Notes: a model not told the origin generated them from the letters alone. A DNA stretch of 64,000 nt from Chamaesiphon sp. (GCA_965246715.1 CBDFFH010000054.1:1-64000); one strand, 5' to 3'. Positions 42,302 to 53,354 are shown, counted from the stretch's first letter. Numbers and translations: made by a program.

Positions 42302-42568
42302 ATGTCAAAACAGATTGATTTCTTTTTGTATCACAATAACCGTTACCACGGTGAGGTGAAGCCGGAAAACTTGGTGTTCAACGCCAATTTACAAGAATTT
42401 ACCCAGAAAATCAGCTATATCTGTAGCTTGGAAACCTCTGGTAAACTGACACCAGAAGAATCATACCAGCAGATCAAGCAGCTTTGGAAAGATCTCAAAC
42501 GCAGTAAAAAACAACTTAGGATCGGGGAAAAGCCCTTTACCGATGAGAATGGGGATTTGCCTCAATAG
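42302..42568 (+). CDS. Conserved small cyanobacterial protein
   Basis: YHGEVKPENLVFNANLQEF..KISYICSLETSGKL. Confidence 0.8.
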   Translation: MSKQIDFFLYHNNRYHGEVKPENLVFNANLQEFTQKISYICSLETSGKLTPEESYQQIKQLWKDLKRSKKQLRIGEKPFTDENGDLPQ

Positions 42569-42655
42569 ATATTGCGCTAACAAGACGGGGTAGATTAGCA
42601 GAGAATGTCAAACACGGAAATAAACACGATTTGCTTCCCACTCTGCTGACACCCA

Positions 42656-43771
42656 CTAGCATCTGCTGATTACCTGCAAGTAATAACGTTGTAACTGCTG
42701 CGTAGCTGCCGACCAGCCCCAGCGTTCGGCTTCAGTCCGAGCGTTCTGGCAGAGCGTTCGATCGAGTGCCAACGCAGCAAAAAGTTTTTGAGTAGCCACC
42801 AGCGCACCGTGCGGATCGTCGGGATCGAATAGGTAGCCATTAATGCCATCGGTGACGATATCGGGAATACCACCCGATCGAGCGGCAACGACCGGACAGC
42901 CAGCCGCCATCGCCTCTAGTAATACCAGTCCCAGCGTCTCTGTCCGCGAGGGAAAAATAAATGCATCGGCGACGGCATAAGCGGCAGCTAATCTCTCTCC
43001 CTCTAAATAACCCACAAAATGCGTGGGAGTGTCGGCAAAGTAACTTTCTAAATAAGTCCGATGGGGGCCATTCCCCACAATCGCTAATCGTGCGCCCGGA
43101 ATCGCTGCTAAAACGGGCTTAATCTGCTCGATTTCCTTTTCGGCACCAAGCCTGCCAACATAGAGTAACAATCGGCTTGCTGGCGCTCCTTGGCTCAAAT
43201 AATGCCGCATTTCCACATTAGCTCGATCGGGATGAAAAGTCTCGGTATCGACCCCCCGCTGCCATAGATCCACCCGCTCGATCCCGTGCTGGCTCAGTTC
43301 CTCAACCATCACCGATGACGTGCAAAGATTTAATTCTGCTTGGTTGTGCGCCCCTTTTAATAATTCCCACAACAATCCTTCCAACATGCCCAACCCATAA
43401 TGCTGAAGATATTTGGGTAAATGGGTATGGTAGGAAGCTACTAACGGAATCTGCGAGGATTTGGCATAAAAAATTCCAGCTAGCCCTAATACTGCTGGAT
43501 TGATAACGTGAATCACATCTGGTCGAAATTTGGCGAGTTGCTGACCGATTTCGGGGCGGGGTAATGCCAATTTAAGTTCGGGATAGAGTGGCAACGGAAA
43601 GGCTGACAATCCATAAATCTGCGCACCATGATAGGACTTCAATCCCCCCTCGGGACAAAAAATTAACACCTCATCGCCACTACGCTGGAGATGTTCGATC
43701 GTGTGTTTGAGCCGAGTGACGATGCCATCGACTTTGGGCAAGAAAGTTTCGGTGAAGAGGGCGATTCGCAT
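42656..43771 (-). CDS. sqdX: Sulfoquinovosyldiacylglycerol synthase (GT4)
   Basis: MRIALFTETFLPKVDGIVTRL, SYHTHLPKYL, FPSRTETLGLVLLEAMA. Confidence 0.88.
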   Translation of the reverse strand: MRIALFTETFLPKVDGIVTRLKHTIEHLQRSGDEVLIFCPEGGLKSYHGAQIYGLSAFPLPLYPELKLALPRPEIGQQLAKFRPDVIHVINPAVLGLAGIFYAKSSQIPLVASYHTHLPKYLQHYGLGMLEGLLWELLKGAHNQAELNLCTSSVMVEELSQHGIERVDLWQRGVDTETFHPDRANVEMRHYLSQGAPASRLLLYVGRLGAEKEIEQIKPVLAAIPGARLAIVGNGPHRTYLESYFADTPTHFVGYLEGERLAAAYAVADAFIFPSRTETLGLVLLEAMAAGCPVVAARSGGIPDIVTDGINGYLFDPDDPHGALVATQKLFAALALDRTLCQNARTEAERWGWSAATQQLQRYYLQVISRC

Positions 43772-43818
43772 TGAATAGGGGATAGGGGATAGGGAAACTT
43801 GAGTTCGGGTTATTAACT

Positions 43819-44033
43819 AACGTCAGTTCGGGATAAGTATATCCACTTAATCACTCCTAGCTTCGTTGCTGAACCGCCCTCAAATGAATTTGGGGCTAAC
43901 AGCAAAAGTTCTCTGAAGAGAACTGCCAAATCAGTTAGTTCGTTTCAACGAACTTTTGCTGTTAGCCCGAACTTCTAGTTCAGGGCGGTGGTTGCGCGAA
44001 GCAGATCGGTTCTCCTTAACCCGAACTCACGTT
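43819..44033. mobile_element. MITE-like element with internal REP-like palindromes
   Basis: IRs AACGTCAGTTCGGGATAAG / CTTAACCCGAACTCACGTT, flanked by AACT on both sides; internal GGGCTAACAGCAAAAGTTC...GAACTTTTGCTGTTAGCCC. Confidence 0.75.
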
Positions 44034-44050
44034 AACTAATAATCGATAAC

Positions 44051-44075
44051 AAAAAAGGTGGGGTATACCCACCTT
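44051..44075 (-). terminator. Intrinsic terminator of crhR
   Basis: AAGGTGGG-N5-CCCACCTT with an A-tract giving a U tail on the minus strand. Confidence 0.65.
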
Positions 44076-44128
44076 CTAATTACTAATTTGTTAAAGTTTA
44101 CCCCACTATCGAGTGGATGTAACAACTA

Positions 44129-45712
44129 TTACACGCGTTCTTCACTGCGGTAACCACCACGGCGCTCGCCGCCGCGATTTTCGCGTTCGTAACGATCTCC
44201 TTCATTGCGGGGGCTGCTATCGCGCCGATCGTAGCGACCGCCACCACCAGTACCACCAGCATTACCAGCACGGAGGACTGGTTTGCCACCAGCACCGCCA
44301 CCGCCGCCACTGCGACGATCGCTACCACCGCGTGGTTTGTAGCTGTTAGATGAGCGTTCGCCACCATATTCGCGATCGTTATTACGCGCTTGGGGTTCTT
44401 CCATGTCCAACCATGCGGGACGAGTTTGGTCGTAGACGAGTTGCAATGCTGCTGCCGCAACAGTATGTACGTCAAACTCTTCACTCATTTTGGCAATAAT
44501 CGGTAAGAAGGATGCTACCCGTTCGCCAGAGAGAGCTTCAAGTACCTGAGCTTGCGTTTTTTGAACGTGAGCGGCTTCAACTTGAGCGCGAGTTGGAATC
44601 TGACAGACTGCAAGATTCTGTTTGACACGACGTTCGATCGCTTGGAGTTTGCGACGATCGAGTGAATGAATCAGGGAAATAGCTACGCCTTCTTTACCCG
44701 CACGACCCGTCCGACCGATCCGGTGGATATAGTTTTCGACGCTATCGGGTAAGTCATAATTGATAACATGGCTGAGATGATCGACATCTAGACCGCGTGC
44801 AGCGATATCGGTAGCCACGATCCAACGCACTTTATCACCACGGAAGCGCGCTAAGAGGCGTTCGCGTTGAGTTTGAGTGAGGTCGCCATGATACTCATCC
44901 GCACTGTGTCCGGCAGATTGGAGTTGGTTGGTGAGTTCGGCTGCGGCTTTGCGAGTCCGGACGAAGATGATCGCCGAATCAGGCTGTTCGAGTTCTAAAA
45001 TCGGTTGCAGCGCTTGCGCTTTAGTCCAACCGCGTGGGATGAAATAAACTTGCTGTTTGATTTTAGTCGGTGCCGCTTCGATCCGATCGGCAGTAACGGT
45101 AATCGGATTCTTGAGGAAGCGATTTACCAACGAGCGAATCGGCGGAGCCATGGTTGCCGAGAAGAACGCAGTTTGACGTTCGGTGGGCAACTTGCTCAAG
45201 ATCAGTTCGATATCGTCGATAAAGCCCATACTGAGCATTTCATCAGCTTCATCAAGTACCAACCAATCGACATTACCCAGGCGGAGATGTCCGCGATTGA
45301 TCAAGTCGATCACGCGTCCGGGAGTACCGACGACTGCAGCGACACCGCTTTCGAGGCGGCGAATTTGGAGGTCGATCGATTGTCCGCCATAGACAGTCAG
45401 GATCGGCGAGCGACGCTCGTTACCACCGACGAAAGTTTTCATAGCTTGCGACACTTGCATTGCCAACTCACGAGTGGGAGTTAGAATCAGTGCCTGCACT
45501 GTAGTTTTCTGCCAATCTAGCTTTTCGATAATGGGTAAAGCGAAAGCCGCTGTTTTACCAGTACCAGTTTGCGATTGACCAACGACATCGCGGCCGGAGA
45601 GCAGTTGAGGAATAGCTTGTTCTTGAATGTTGGTTGGTTCAGTAATCCCCAGACCTTCCAATGTAGTGACTAAGCGATCGGAAAGACCAAGGCTAGAGAA
45701 AGAAACGGTCAT
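44129..45712 (-). CDS. crhR: DEAD-box RNA helicase with Arg/Gly-rich tail
   Basis: QTGTGKT, PTRELA, DEAD, SAT, HRIGRTGRAG; downstream of rimO as in other cyanobacteria. Confidence 0.9.
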   Translation of the reverse strand: MTVSFSSLGLSDRLVTTLEGLGITEPTNIQEQAIPQLLSGRDVVGQSQTGTGKTAAFALPIIEKLDWQKTTVQALILTPTRELAMQVSQAMKTFVGGNERRSPILTVYGGQSIDLQIRRLESGVAAVVGTPGRVIDLINRGHLRLGNVDWLVLDEADEMLSMGFIDDIELILSKLPTERQTAFFSATMAPPIRSLVNRFLKNPITVTADRIEAAPTKIKQQVYFIPRGWTKAQALQPILELEQPDSAIIFVRTRKAAAELTNQLQSAGHSADEYHGDLTQTQRERLLARFRGDKVRWIVATDIAARGLDVDHLSHVINYDLPDSVENYIHRIGRTGRAGKEGVAISLIHSLDRRKLQAIERRVKQNLAVCQIPTRAQVEAAHVQKTQAQVLEALSGERVASFLPIIAKMSEEFDVHTVAAAALQLVYDQTRPAWLDMEEPQARNNDREYGGERSSNSYKPRGGSDRRSGGGGGAGGKPVLRAGNAGGTGGGGRYDRRDSSPRNEGDRYERENRGGERRGGYRSEERV

Positions 45713-46003
45713 AATTTATAGTTAAGTGGTTCGGTATGATTGCAGTTGAAAATTTAGGAGCTAATATTTAGGAATTAATCAGTATATTGACCTGGGAAAA
45801 CATCGTACCCAATATTTAAACCATTCAGCGTAGGGATGGGTGAGAATTAGCTGCAATTCCACACCGACAAGAGAAATACTAAATAGTCACAGAATGTTCG
45901 CATCAGTTGCGAGGCGTAGATTCCGTTATGAATTGTTGTCAGATAAATCGGGCTTTGTACTGAATTCTAGCGGCTTCGCTCCAATCCAAAATCTAAATTA
46001 AAT

Positions 46004-47329
46004 TTAAATCTTGAATTCTACGATCGCTCCATGCAGATCGTAGTGGTCGGCTTCGTGGATAGTAACGGGAACGATCGACCCGAGCCGAGCACTCCCACTA
46101 ACATACACTAATCCGTCTACTTCTGGGGCAAATCTAGCAGATCTCCCCACCAACAACCCAGATTCTGGATGTTCCTGTTCGATTAAGACATCGACAATTT
46201 TACCCACTTCCCGCTGGTTGCGGTGGAGTGAAATCGGTTGTTGAATCGCCATAATCCCATCGCGGCGCTCGTCCATGACTGCCTGTGGCAGTTGGTGGGG
46301 TAGTGTCGCAGCAGGGGTTCCATCCTCAGCGGAGAAGGTAAACACACCAACATGATCGAATTGATGACGTTGCAAAAATTCTTGGAGATGTTGGTAATGT
46401 GCGTCGGTTTCACCAGGAAAGCCGACGATTAGCGTTGTCCGCATCACCGCATCGGGCAGAGCAGTCTTGAGTTGCTCGATGATGCGATCGTTTACTTGTC
46501 CCTGCCACGGGCGATTCATGGCACGGAGTACTTCAGGATGAGAATGCTGTAGTGGCAAATCTAGGTATGGTAAGACATTAGCTGTCTCTTGCATTGCTGC
46601 AATTACCGTCGGTGTCAACCCTGTCGGATACGCATAATGCATCCGAATCCAAGGGATATCTACTTTCCCTAGAGCGCGTAGGAGTTCCGCTAGTTTCGGC
46701 GCTCCATAGATATCGATGCCATAGTTCGTCGTGATTTGGGAAATTAGGATTAGCTCTTGGACTCCCTCATCTGCCAAACGTTGGGCTTCTGCCACGATCG
46801 ATTCGATCGTCCGCGAGCGCTGGTTGCCCCGCAAGTGGGGAATGATGCAAAACGCACACCGATAGTCGCAGCCTTCGGCTACTCTCAGGTAAGCTACGCC
46901 TTCCGTCGTCGTCCGATATCGCGGCGTATGCTCGTCAGCAATATAAGTTGGCTCTGCGGTAATCTCGACTACGCGTTCGCCAGTTTGACTGCGTTCGATG
47001 ACATCAACTATTTTGTGATAGTCACCAGTACCAACAACTGCTACAGCTTCGGGTATTTCTGCCAGTAACTGCGATTGGAAATGTTGTGCCATGCACCCAG
47101 TAATGACAATCTTTTTATCTGCTTCGGCAAGTTCGATTAGCGTGCGAACAGATTCTTCTCTTGCGGCATCGATGAAGCTACATGTGTTTACTATAACATA
47201 ATCTGCAGTGCTTTCGTCGGCATCTACTTGGTAGCCTGCTTGTGCCAGCAGACCCAGCATATGTTCGCTATCGATTCGGTTTTTTTCGCAACCTAGGTGG
47301 GATATTGCAATCGTCGGCTTGTTGCCCAT
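46004..47329 (-). CDS. rimO: Ribosomal protein S12 methylthiotransferase
   Basis: [20 protein letters not shown] radical-SAM motif, APEVDG TRAM region. Confidence 0.96.
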   Translation of the reverse strand: MGNKPTIAISHLGCEKNRIDSEHMLGLLAQAGYQVDADESTADYVIVNTCSFIDAAREESVRTLIELAEADKKIVITGCMAQHFQSQLLAEIPEAVAVVGTGDYHKIVDVIERSQTGERVVEITAEPTYIADEHTPRYRTTTEGVAYLRVAEGCDYRCAFCIIPHLRGNQRSRTIESIVAEAQRLADEGVQELILISQITTNYGIDIYGAPKLAELLRALGKVDIPWIRMHYAYPTGLTPTVIAAMQETANVLPYLDLPLQHSHPEVLRAMNRPWQGQVNDRIIEQLKTALPDAVMRTTLIVGFPGETDAHYQHLQEFLQRHQFDHVGVFTFSAEDGTPAATLPHQLPQAVMDERRDGIMAIQQPISLHRNQREVGKIVDVLIEQEHPESGLLVGRSARFAPEVDGLVYVSGSARLGSIVPVTIHEADHYDLHGAIVEFKI

Positions 47330-47971
47330 GTAGTCTTGGTGTGGTTATCTCCAACAATAAGGTGGAACGGTTCTTTTCAACACTTTTCTCCCCAGACTAC
47401 ATCGGCTGCGCTTAGAGCGATTGCCAAGCTGATTTCATGCTCGATCTCCAGTTACGCTCCTAGATTTGGGCTAAACTCTCGATCGGTGATGATGTTCGGT
47501 TGCTGCGGACGAATTCTGATGCTCGATCGACTAGCGAATTACTAAATTTAGCTCTGCTAGAAGATCTGTGGCTCGGTTGAAAGTAGGCTATTTGAGTCAT
47601 CAGGCTATATCTTAGCACAATGTTGCGGAATGTGAAGGGTAAGTTCGCGGATTGAGATAAGTCTGCGTTTTACTGAGGTTAATTCGAGCTTTGTCATCTG
47701 CATTTGGTCGTAGACTAAGTAAGTCCCAATACAATCACTAGTAACGTCAGAGTGGCGATCTCTGGTTCGCTCGCCACCCAACTAGTCACTAGCCACTAGC
47801 TAGTGGCCATTAAAATGAAGCCTAATTTGTGGATAATATAGGTGAAGATCGAGTTCGATAGTTCGGTCGCGCCCTCATCGAGTCAGTAGGCGCAAGGCTC
47901 GATCGCGTCAAAGCAAGTCTCTGACTGACGCGCCTGCTAGCAATCGCCATCCGCCTAGTTGAAAAAGAAAC

Positions 47972-48844
47972 GTGAACTTAAAGCAAATTTTTAATACTAC
48001 TCAACCAATTATTGGTGTAGTCCATCTGCTGCCCCTGCCGACTTCGGCACGTTGGGGTGGTAGCCTCAATGCGGTTGTCGATCGAGCCGAACAAGAAGCA
48101 GTCGCACTAGTTTCTGGCGGTGTCGATAGCATCATCATCGAGAATTTTTTTGATGCACCATTTCCCAAAAGCAAAGTCGATCCGGCGGTAGTAAGTGCGA
48201 TGACCACGATCGTCTTGCGGCTGCGAGAGCTGGTGTCACTGCCGATCGGGATCAATGTCCTCCGCAATGATAGTCTCAGTGCGATGGCGATCGCTAGTTG
48301 TACGGGCGCTGCCTTTATTCGGGTAAATATCCTCACTGGGGTAATGGCAACAGATCAAGGCTCGATCGAGGGTTGCGCTCATGAGTTACTCCGCTATCGG
48401 CGCGAACTCGGTAGTAACGTTCAGATTTTGGCAGATGTTTTGGTCAAACACGCTCGTCCCTTGAGTTCGAGCGATCTGACTACTACGGTGGAAGAAACTA
48501 TCCACCGAGGGTTAGCAGACGCAGTAATTATCTCAGGGCTGACGACTGGCAATCCACCGAGTTTGGAAGATCTGCGACAGGCAAAAGCTGCTGCTGGCGA
48601 TACGCCAGTAATTATCGGTAGTGGTGCCGATTGCGATAATATTGCCAGCCTGATGCAATTTGCCGATGGAGCAATCGTTTCCAGCTCCCTCAAACGTCAT
48701 GGCAAAATCGAGAACTCGATCGACCCAATTCGCGTCAGTCAATTTGTGGAAGCCATGCGTCAAGATCTGACGAATAAATCCGTCCAACGGGCGATTGCAG
48801 ATGGCAAAACATTCGACCCAATGTTGAGTAGACGGTCGAAATAA
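47972..48844 (+). CDS. btpA: Photosystem I biogenesis protein BtpA
   Basis: IGVVHLLPLP, ENFFDAPF, GINVLRND, ADVLVKH. Confidence 0.93.
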   Translation: MNLKQIFNTTQPIIGVVHLLPLPTSARWGGSLNAVVDRAEQEAVALVSGGVDSIIIENFFDAPFPKSKVDPAVVSAMTTIVLRLRELVSLPIGINVLRNDSLSAMAIASCTGAAFIRVNILTGVMATDQGSIEGCAHELLRYRRELGSNVQILADVLVKHARPLSSSDLTTTVEETIHRGLADAVIISGLTTGNPPSLEDLRQAKAAAGDTPVIIGSGADCDNIASLMQFADGAIVSSSLKRHGKIENSIDPIRVSQFVEAMRQDLTNKSVQRAIADGKTFDPMLSRRSK

Positions 48845-48978
48845 GGGGATAGGGGATAGCGTTTGACGCGCTTTGCGCGTTATCGAGCCGCTGAATAACT
48901 TATACCTCTTGCATTTCCTCATCCCCAACCCCTAAAGCCTATCCTCTAATATCCCCTATCCCCTAACCCCCATCTCCT

Positions 48979-49926
48979 ATGCGTCGCAAACAAGTTCCTT
49001 GGATACATCAGTACTCGCGCTTGCTAATTGGCTCGATCGCGATTTTAGGTATACTAGATACCGCCTATCTCACTTGGGTCAAACTCAGTCACAATGGCAT
49101 TTGCGGGACTGAAGGTTGCGAAACCGTGCTTGCTAGTCCGTTTGCGAACGTCGGTGATTTCCCGCTGACGGGTTTGGGACTATTGAGCTATGTCGCTGTC
49201 GCATTGATGGCCTTCGCACCGATGTTAATTAATCCCAAAACTAATAAAGCAGCTTATAATCAGCTCAATAATCTCACTTGGCTGGGATTATTATTAGCTG
49301 GAGTAGGAATGGCCGTATTTAGCGGTTATCTGATGTTTTTACTAGCGTTTGTAATTAAAGCAGCTTGTCCGTTTTGTATTGCGTCGGCAATTTTTACATT
49401 TGCGATTTTGGGCTTGACATTAGCCGGACATGATTGGGAAGATGTCGGTCAAATTTTATTTATGGGGATGGCAGCAGCATTGGTGGCGCTGGTCGTCTCG
49501 TTGGTATTTTACAACACCGCTACTGGTAGTCAGATAAATTCGCTTGCACCAACTGTCGCACCCGAACAGGGGATCGGCTGGGAAATTAAGTCTGTCTCTA
49601 GTCCTGCAGAAATTCAGTTAGCGGAGCATCTGACTCGCGCTGGAGCAAAAATGTATGGTTCTTATTTTTGTTCTCATTGCTACGAACAAAAACAACTGTT
49701 TGGCAAGCAAGCTTGGTCAAAAGTTGCTTATGTCGAGTGCAGTCCTGGTGCATTAAAAAACAAGCCACAGCCGGAAGTTTGTCAGCAGGTTGGCATTAAA
49801 GGTTTCCCAACATGGTCGATCGATGGCAAATTAGATCCGGGCGTGAAGAAGCTGGCTAAACTAGCAGAATTGACTGGTTATAAGGGCAATACTGCATTTC
49901 AATACGATAAGTTATTTGCAAGATAG
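48979..49926 (+). CDS. VKOR domain fused to a thioredoxin-like domain (DsbAB/LTO1 type)
   Basis: CGTEGC loop cysteines, CPFC in TM, CSHC...GFPTW. Confidence 0.92.
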   Translation: MRRKQVPWIHQYSRLLIGSIAILGILDTAYLTWVKLSHNGICGTEGCETVLASPFANVGDFPLTGLGLLSYVAVALMAFAPMLINPKTNKAAYNQLNNLTWLGLLLAGVGMAVFSGYLMFLLAFVIKAACPFCIASAIFTFAILGLTLAGHDWEDVGQILFMGMAAALVALVVSLVFYNTATGSQINSLAPTVAPEQGIGWEIKSVSSPAEIQLAEHLTRAGAKMYGSYFCSHCYEQKQLFGKQAWSKVAYVECSPGALKNKPQPEVCQQVGIKGFPTWSIDGKLDPGVKKLAKLAELTGYKGNTAFQYDKLFAR

Positions 49927-50017
49927 TTGTCTTAGCATCGATCGAAACTCGGTTAATTTACACGGTTACTCGATCTTCGGTAAGATCGGCAAGCACGACA
50001 ACTAGTTATTTACCAAT

Positions 50018-50506
50018 ATGCTAAAAATCGCTCGGTTTCTGTTAACGGGGATGGCGGTAGTTCTAATATTACTAGGCGTAACATTGTTACCAGATAATGC
50101 CGCGATCGGGAATGAGATCGATTCGCTCGCACCAACCGCCGACCTCAAACAAGGTATCGGTTGGGAAATTAAGTCTACATCGGGAGCGGCAGAAATCAAG
50201 CTGGCAAAATATCTGACGCGCGCTGGCGCAAAAATGTATGGTGCATATTGGTGTCCGCATTGTTACGAGCAGGAGCAGCTATTTGGCAAGCAGGCGTGGA
50301 AATATATTACATATGTAGAATGTGCTGATGATGCTGTCAAAAATCCACAGCCTAAAGTATGTAAGCAAGCTGGTGTTACGGGTTTTCCCACATGGTCGAT
50401 CGCTGGCAAGCTCGATGCTGGTGTGAAAAAGCTCGCCGAACTCAGTAAATTGACTGGCTATCGCGGTAATACTGCGTTTAAGTACGATAAGTTGTTTGGC
50501 AGATAA
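50018..50506 (+). CDS. Secreted stand-alone thioredoxin-like protein, paralog of the VKOR C-terminal domain
   Basis: Signal peptide, MYGAYWCPHC, YVEC, GFPTW. Confidence 0.85.
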   Translation: MLKIARFLLTGMAVVLILLGVTLLPDNAAIGNEIDSLAPTADLKQGIGWEIKSTSGAAEIKLAKYLTRAGAKMYGAYWCPHCYEQEQLFGKQAWKYITYVECADDAVKNPQPKVCKQAGVTGFPTWSIAGKLDAGVKKLAELSKLTGYRGNTAFKYDKLFGR

Positions 50507-50596
50507 TCGATCGGAAATCGTGGGAAACTTGTGCGATCGACCCAAATGGTTTATATATTTTAACATCAGCAAATACCACGATAGATTATTTACCGA

Positions 50597-51121
50597 ATGC
50601 TTAAAATCGATCGTTTACTCCAGCCAATTACAGCGATAGCGATCGTTGTTTGTACTAGCAATATGCTGCTGCCCGCGCGCGCCAATCCAGTGTCAGTTGT
50701 CAATCGATCGACCGCAACCGCGCCTAAGGCCACGATCGATAATACCGCTAAAACACCTAGCGATCGCTCTCAACGGATCTCGGCGGCAGATAAGGTCGAA
50801 ACCGTCTCCGGAACTGCGGAAATCCAGCTGGCGGAATATTTAACAGCCAATAATGTGGAATTTTACGGTGCGTTTTGGTGTTCGCATTGCAAAGAGCAAA
50901 AAGCTTTATTTGGGGCAGTTGCTGCGAGTAAGCTCAATTACATCGAGTGCGACAAAAATGGTGAGAATTCGCAACGGCAATTGTGCAAGGACAAAAATAT
51001 TCAAATGTTTCCGACCTGGGCGATTAAAGGTCAATTCTTACCTGGTACTCGCGATCTCCAGCAACTTGCCGAACTAACTGGTTATCAAGGTGCGACGAAC
51101 TTTAAATATAAGAAGAAGTAA
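50597..51121 (+). CDS. Secreted thioredoxin-like protein (same family)
   Basis: Signal peptide, FYGAFWCSHC, YIEC, FPTW. Confidence 0.85.
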   Translation: MLKIDRLLQPITAIAIVVCTSNMLLPARANPVSVVNRSTATAPKATIDNTAKTPSDRSQRISAADKVETVSGTAEIQLAEYLTANNVEFYGAFWCSHCKEQKALFGAVAASKLNYIECDKNGENSQRQLCKDKNIQMFPTWAIKGQFLPGTRDLQQLAELTGYQGATNFKYKKK

Positions 51122-51225
51122 GTGTTTAGTGAAATAGACACCCGTACCGATCGGGTTATAATCTAGCTCGATCGTCCGATCGAGCTGTAATTAATTTGAC
51201 TGCATCACCTATCTAAAATATTGAG

Positions 51226-52092
51226 ATGAGTTACTTACTGAATTTGTGGCGGTTTCCAATTTTATCATTGCTATTATCCTCGTTAGTGTTAGGAGCGTTA
51301 CCTGCTAGATCGGCACCGCAGATTTCGATCCCCGCTAGGATGACGACCCCAGAGAATTTAACTGCGAGGGAAAATTCGATCGATAAATCGATCGAGCGGC
51401 AAGCGCAGCAGACAATCGCACTCGAAGAATCGGTCAAAGTCAGCCCCCAATTAGAAAAGCAAATCCTAGAAGTAATTCGCAAACATCCAGATGTGATGCT
51501 GGAAGTTTTACAGAAATATGCGATCGAGCAACAACTCAAAGCCCAAAAAGCCCAAGCTGAAGCCATCAAGCAAGTTCGCAAAAATACCAAAGATTTAATC
51601 GGTGATTCGCCCGTAATCGGGTCTACCGATCGCAAGATTGTGATGGTCGAATTTTCGGATTTTCAGTGTAGTTACTGCGCCGCTGCTGAGAAAAATGTCA
51701 AGCAATTTCTGGCAAAACACAAGGAAGTCACCTTAGTCTATAAACATTTTCCACTCACGCAAATTCATCCCGAAGCATTACCTGCGGCTACGGCTGCTTG
51801 GGCGGCGAATAAACAAGGAAAATTTTGGGAATACCACGATGCTTTATTTGCCAATCAGGCTAAATTGGGCGAGATTTTTTATCTAGAGACAGCTAATAAT
51901 TTGAAGCTGGACATCAAAAAATTTACGGCCGATCGCAAAACAGCTGAAGCTGAGATCGTCAAAGATTTTCAATTAGGGCGTAAACTCGGCATCGAAGGCA
52001 CTCCGACATTTATCCTTAATGGTGAGGCAATTTCGGGAGCAGCATCAGTCGCAGATCTCGAAAAAGTCCTGACCCCAGTTACGAAGAAGTAA
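51226..52092 (+). CDS. DsbA-family thiol-disulfide oxidoreductase
   Basis: EFSDFQCSYC, YKHFPL, GIEGTPTF. Confidence 0.9.
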   Translation: MSYLLNLWRFPILSLLLSSLVLGALPARSAPQISIPARMTTPENLTARENSIDKSIERQAQQTIALEESVKVSPQLEKQILEVIRKHPDVMLEVLQKYAIEQQLKAQKAQAEAIKQVRKNTKDLIGDSPVIGSTDRKIVMVEFSDFQCSYCAAAEKNVKQFLAKHKEVTLVYKHFPLTQIHPEALPAATAAWAANKQGKFWEYHDALFANQAKLGEIFYLETANNLKLDIKKFTADRKTAEAEIVKDFQLGRKLGIEGTPTFILNGEAISGAASVADLEKVLTPVTKK

Positions 52093-52131
52093 TCGTTAAT
52101 TCTGGTTTGTCGAGCTTCCGATCTCCCGCCG

Positions 52132-52151
52132 ATCCCCTCGATCGAGGGGAT
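52132..52151. repeat. Perfect 20-bp palindrome centred on TCGATCGA
   Basis: ATCCCCTCGATCGAGGGGAT. Confidence 0.8.
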
Positions 52152-52191
52152 TAATGCGGTTAAGATAACTGTTACTACCAACGTTAATCCT

Positions 52192-53244
52192 ATGAGCGAT
52201 TTTCCGCTAACTTCAATCCAGCCTGCTGTGTGGCGAATTTTAGATGCGAATTTCGATCGAGCGCGGGAAGGATTGCGAATCATCGAAGAATGGTGTCGAT
52301 TTGCGCTCGATGACACCCACATGGCAAATGAATGCAAACAAATGCGTCAAGAATTGGGGCAGTGGCACACCCCAGAGATTCGCTCGGCACGAAATACCGC
52401 TGGAGATGTCGGCACCGCACTGAGCCATCCGTATGAAGAGCACCGCGCGGGGATCGAACAACTGCTGCAAGCCAATCTTTGCCGAGTCCAAGAAGCCTTG
52501 CGCGTACTCGAAGAATACGGCAAGCTCTACTCTGCCAAGATGAGTAGTGGCTGCAAGCAGATGCGCTATCGGGTGTATACCCTAGAGAGCAACCTGCTAG
52601 CCTACAATCGCCAGCAGCTACTCAAAAATGCCCGATTATATCTAGTCACAGCCCCAGCACCAGACTTACTCGCCCGCGTCGAAGCGGCTCTAGCTGGTGG
52701 ATTGACCCTAGTTCAATATCGTGACAAACAAAATAACGATGTCGATCGCGTGATGATGGCACAGCAAATGTGTCAACTCTGCCATCAATATGGGGCATTA
52801 TTTATTCTCAACGATCGGGTGGATCTCGCCCTCGCAGTTGGTGCTGATGGGGTACATTTGGGTCAGCAAGATGTCTCGGTCGCCCTCGCTAGACAAATCC
52901 TCGGATCGCAAAAAATCGTTGGCAAATCGACCACAAACCCCGAGGAGATGGCGCGAGCTTTGGAAGAAGGTGCCGATTATATCGGGGTCGGGCCAGTTTA
53001 TGAAACGCCGACTAAAGCTGGTAAAGCAGCAGCCGGACTGGAATACGTCCGACATGCCGCCAAACATGCGACCGTGCCGTGGTTTGCGATCGGTGGGATC
53101 GATAGTAGTAATATCGATGATGTCTTAGCTGCTGGCGCACCTGCAATCGCGATCGTCCGCGCGATTATGAGTGCAGAAAACCCTACTCACGCCGTGCAAT
53201 TTTGTCTATCGATCTTAAATCGAGTCGGGCCATTGAAACGCTAG
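52192..53244 (+). CDS. thiE: Thiamine-phosphate synthase (cyanobacterial N-terminally extended form)
   Basis: [45 protein letters not shown]. Confidence 0.95.
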   Translation: MSDFPLTSIQPAVWRILDANFDRAREGLRIIEEWCRFALDDTHMANECKQMRQELGQWHTPEIRSARNTAGDVGTALSHPYEEHRAGIEQLLQANLCRVQEALRVLEEYGKLYSAKMSSGCKQMRYRVYTLESNLLAYNRQQLLKNARLYLVTAPAPDLLARVEAALAGGLTLVQYRDKQNNDVDRVMMAQQMCQLCHQYGALFILNDRVDLALAVGADGVHLGQQDVSVALARQILGSQKIVGKSTTNPEEMARALEEGADYIGVGPVYETPTKAGKAAAGLEYVRHAAKHATVPWFAIGGIDSSNIDDVLAAGAPAIAIVRAIMSAENPTHAVQFCLSILNRVGPLKR

Positions 53245-53354
53245 TAACGAGGCTGGCGATGTGCGCGACAATCGGTTAAAAGTAACTATTAACAGGCATT
53301 AGTGTCACGATTAATCGATAATTTATAATTCATCATTCGCAATTCCTAATTTTC

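Noticed and set aside
44098..44484. Alternative-frame ORFs over the crhR tail
   Set aside because: Low-complexity shadows of the Gly/Arg-rich coding region.
52095..52191. TPP riboswitch upstream of thiE
   Set aside because: Conserved CUGAGA/aptamer elements are absent; only a short palindrome is present.
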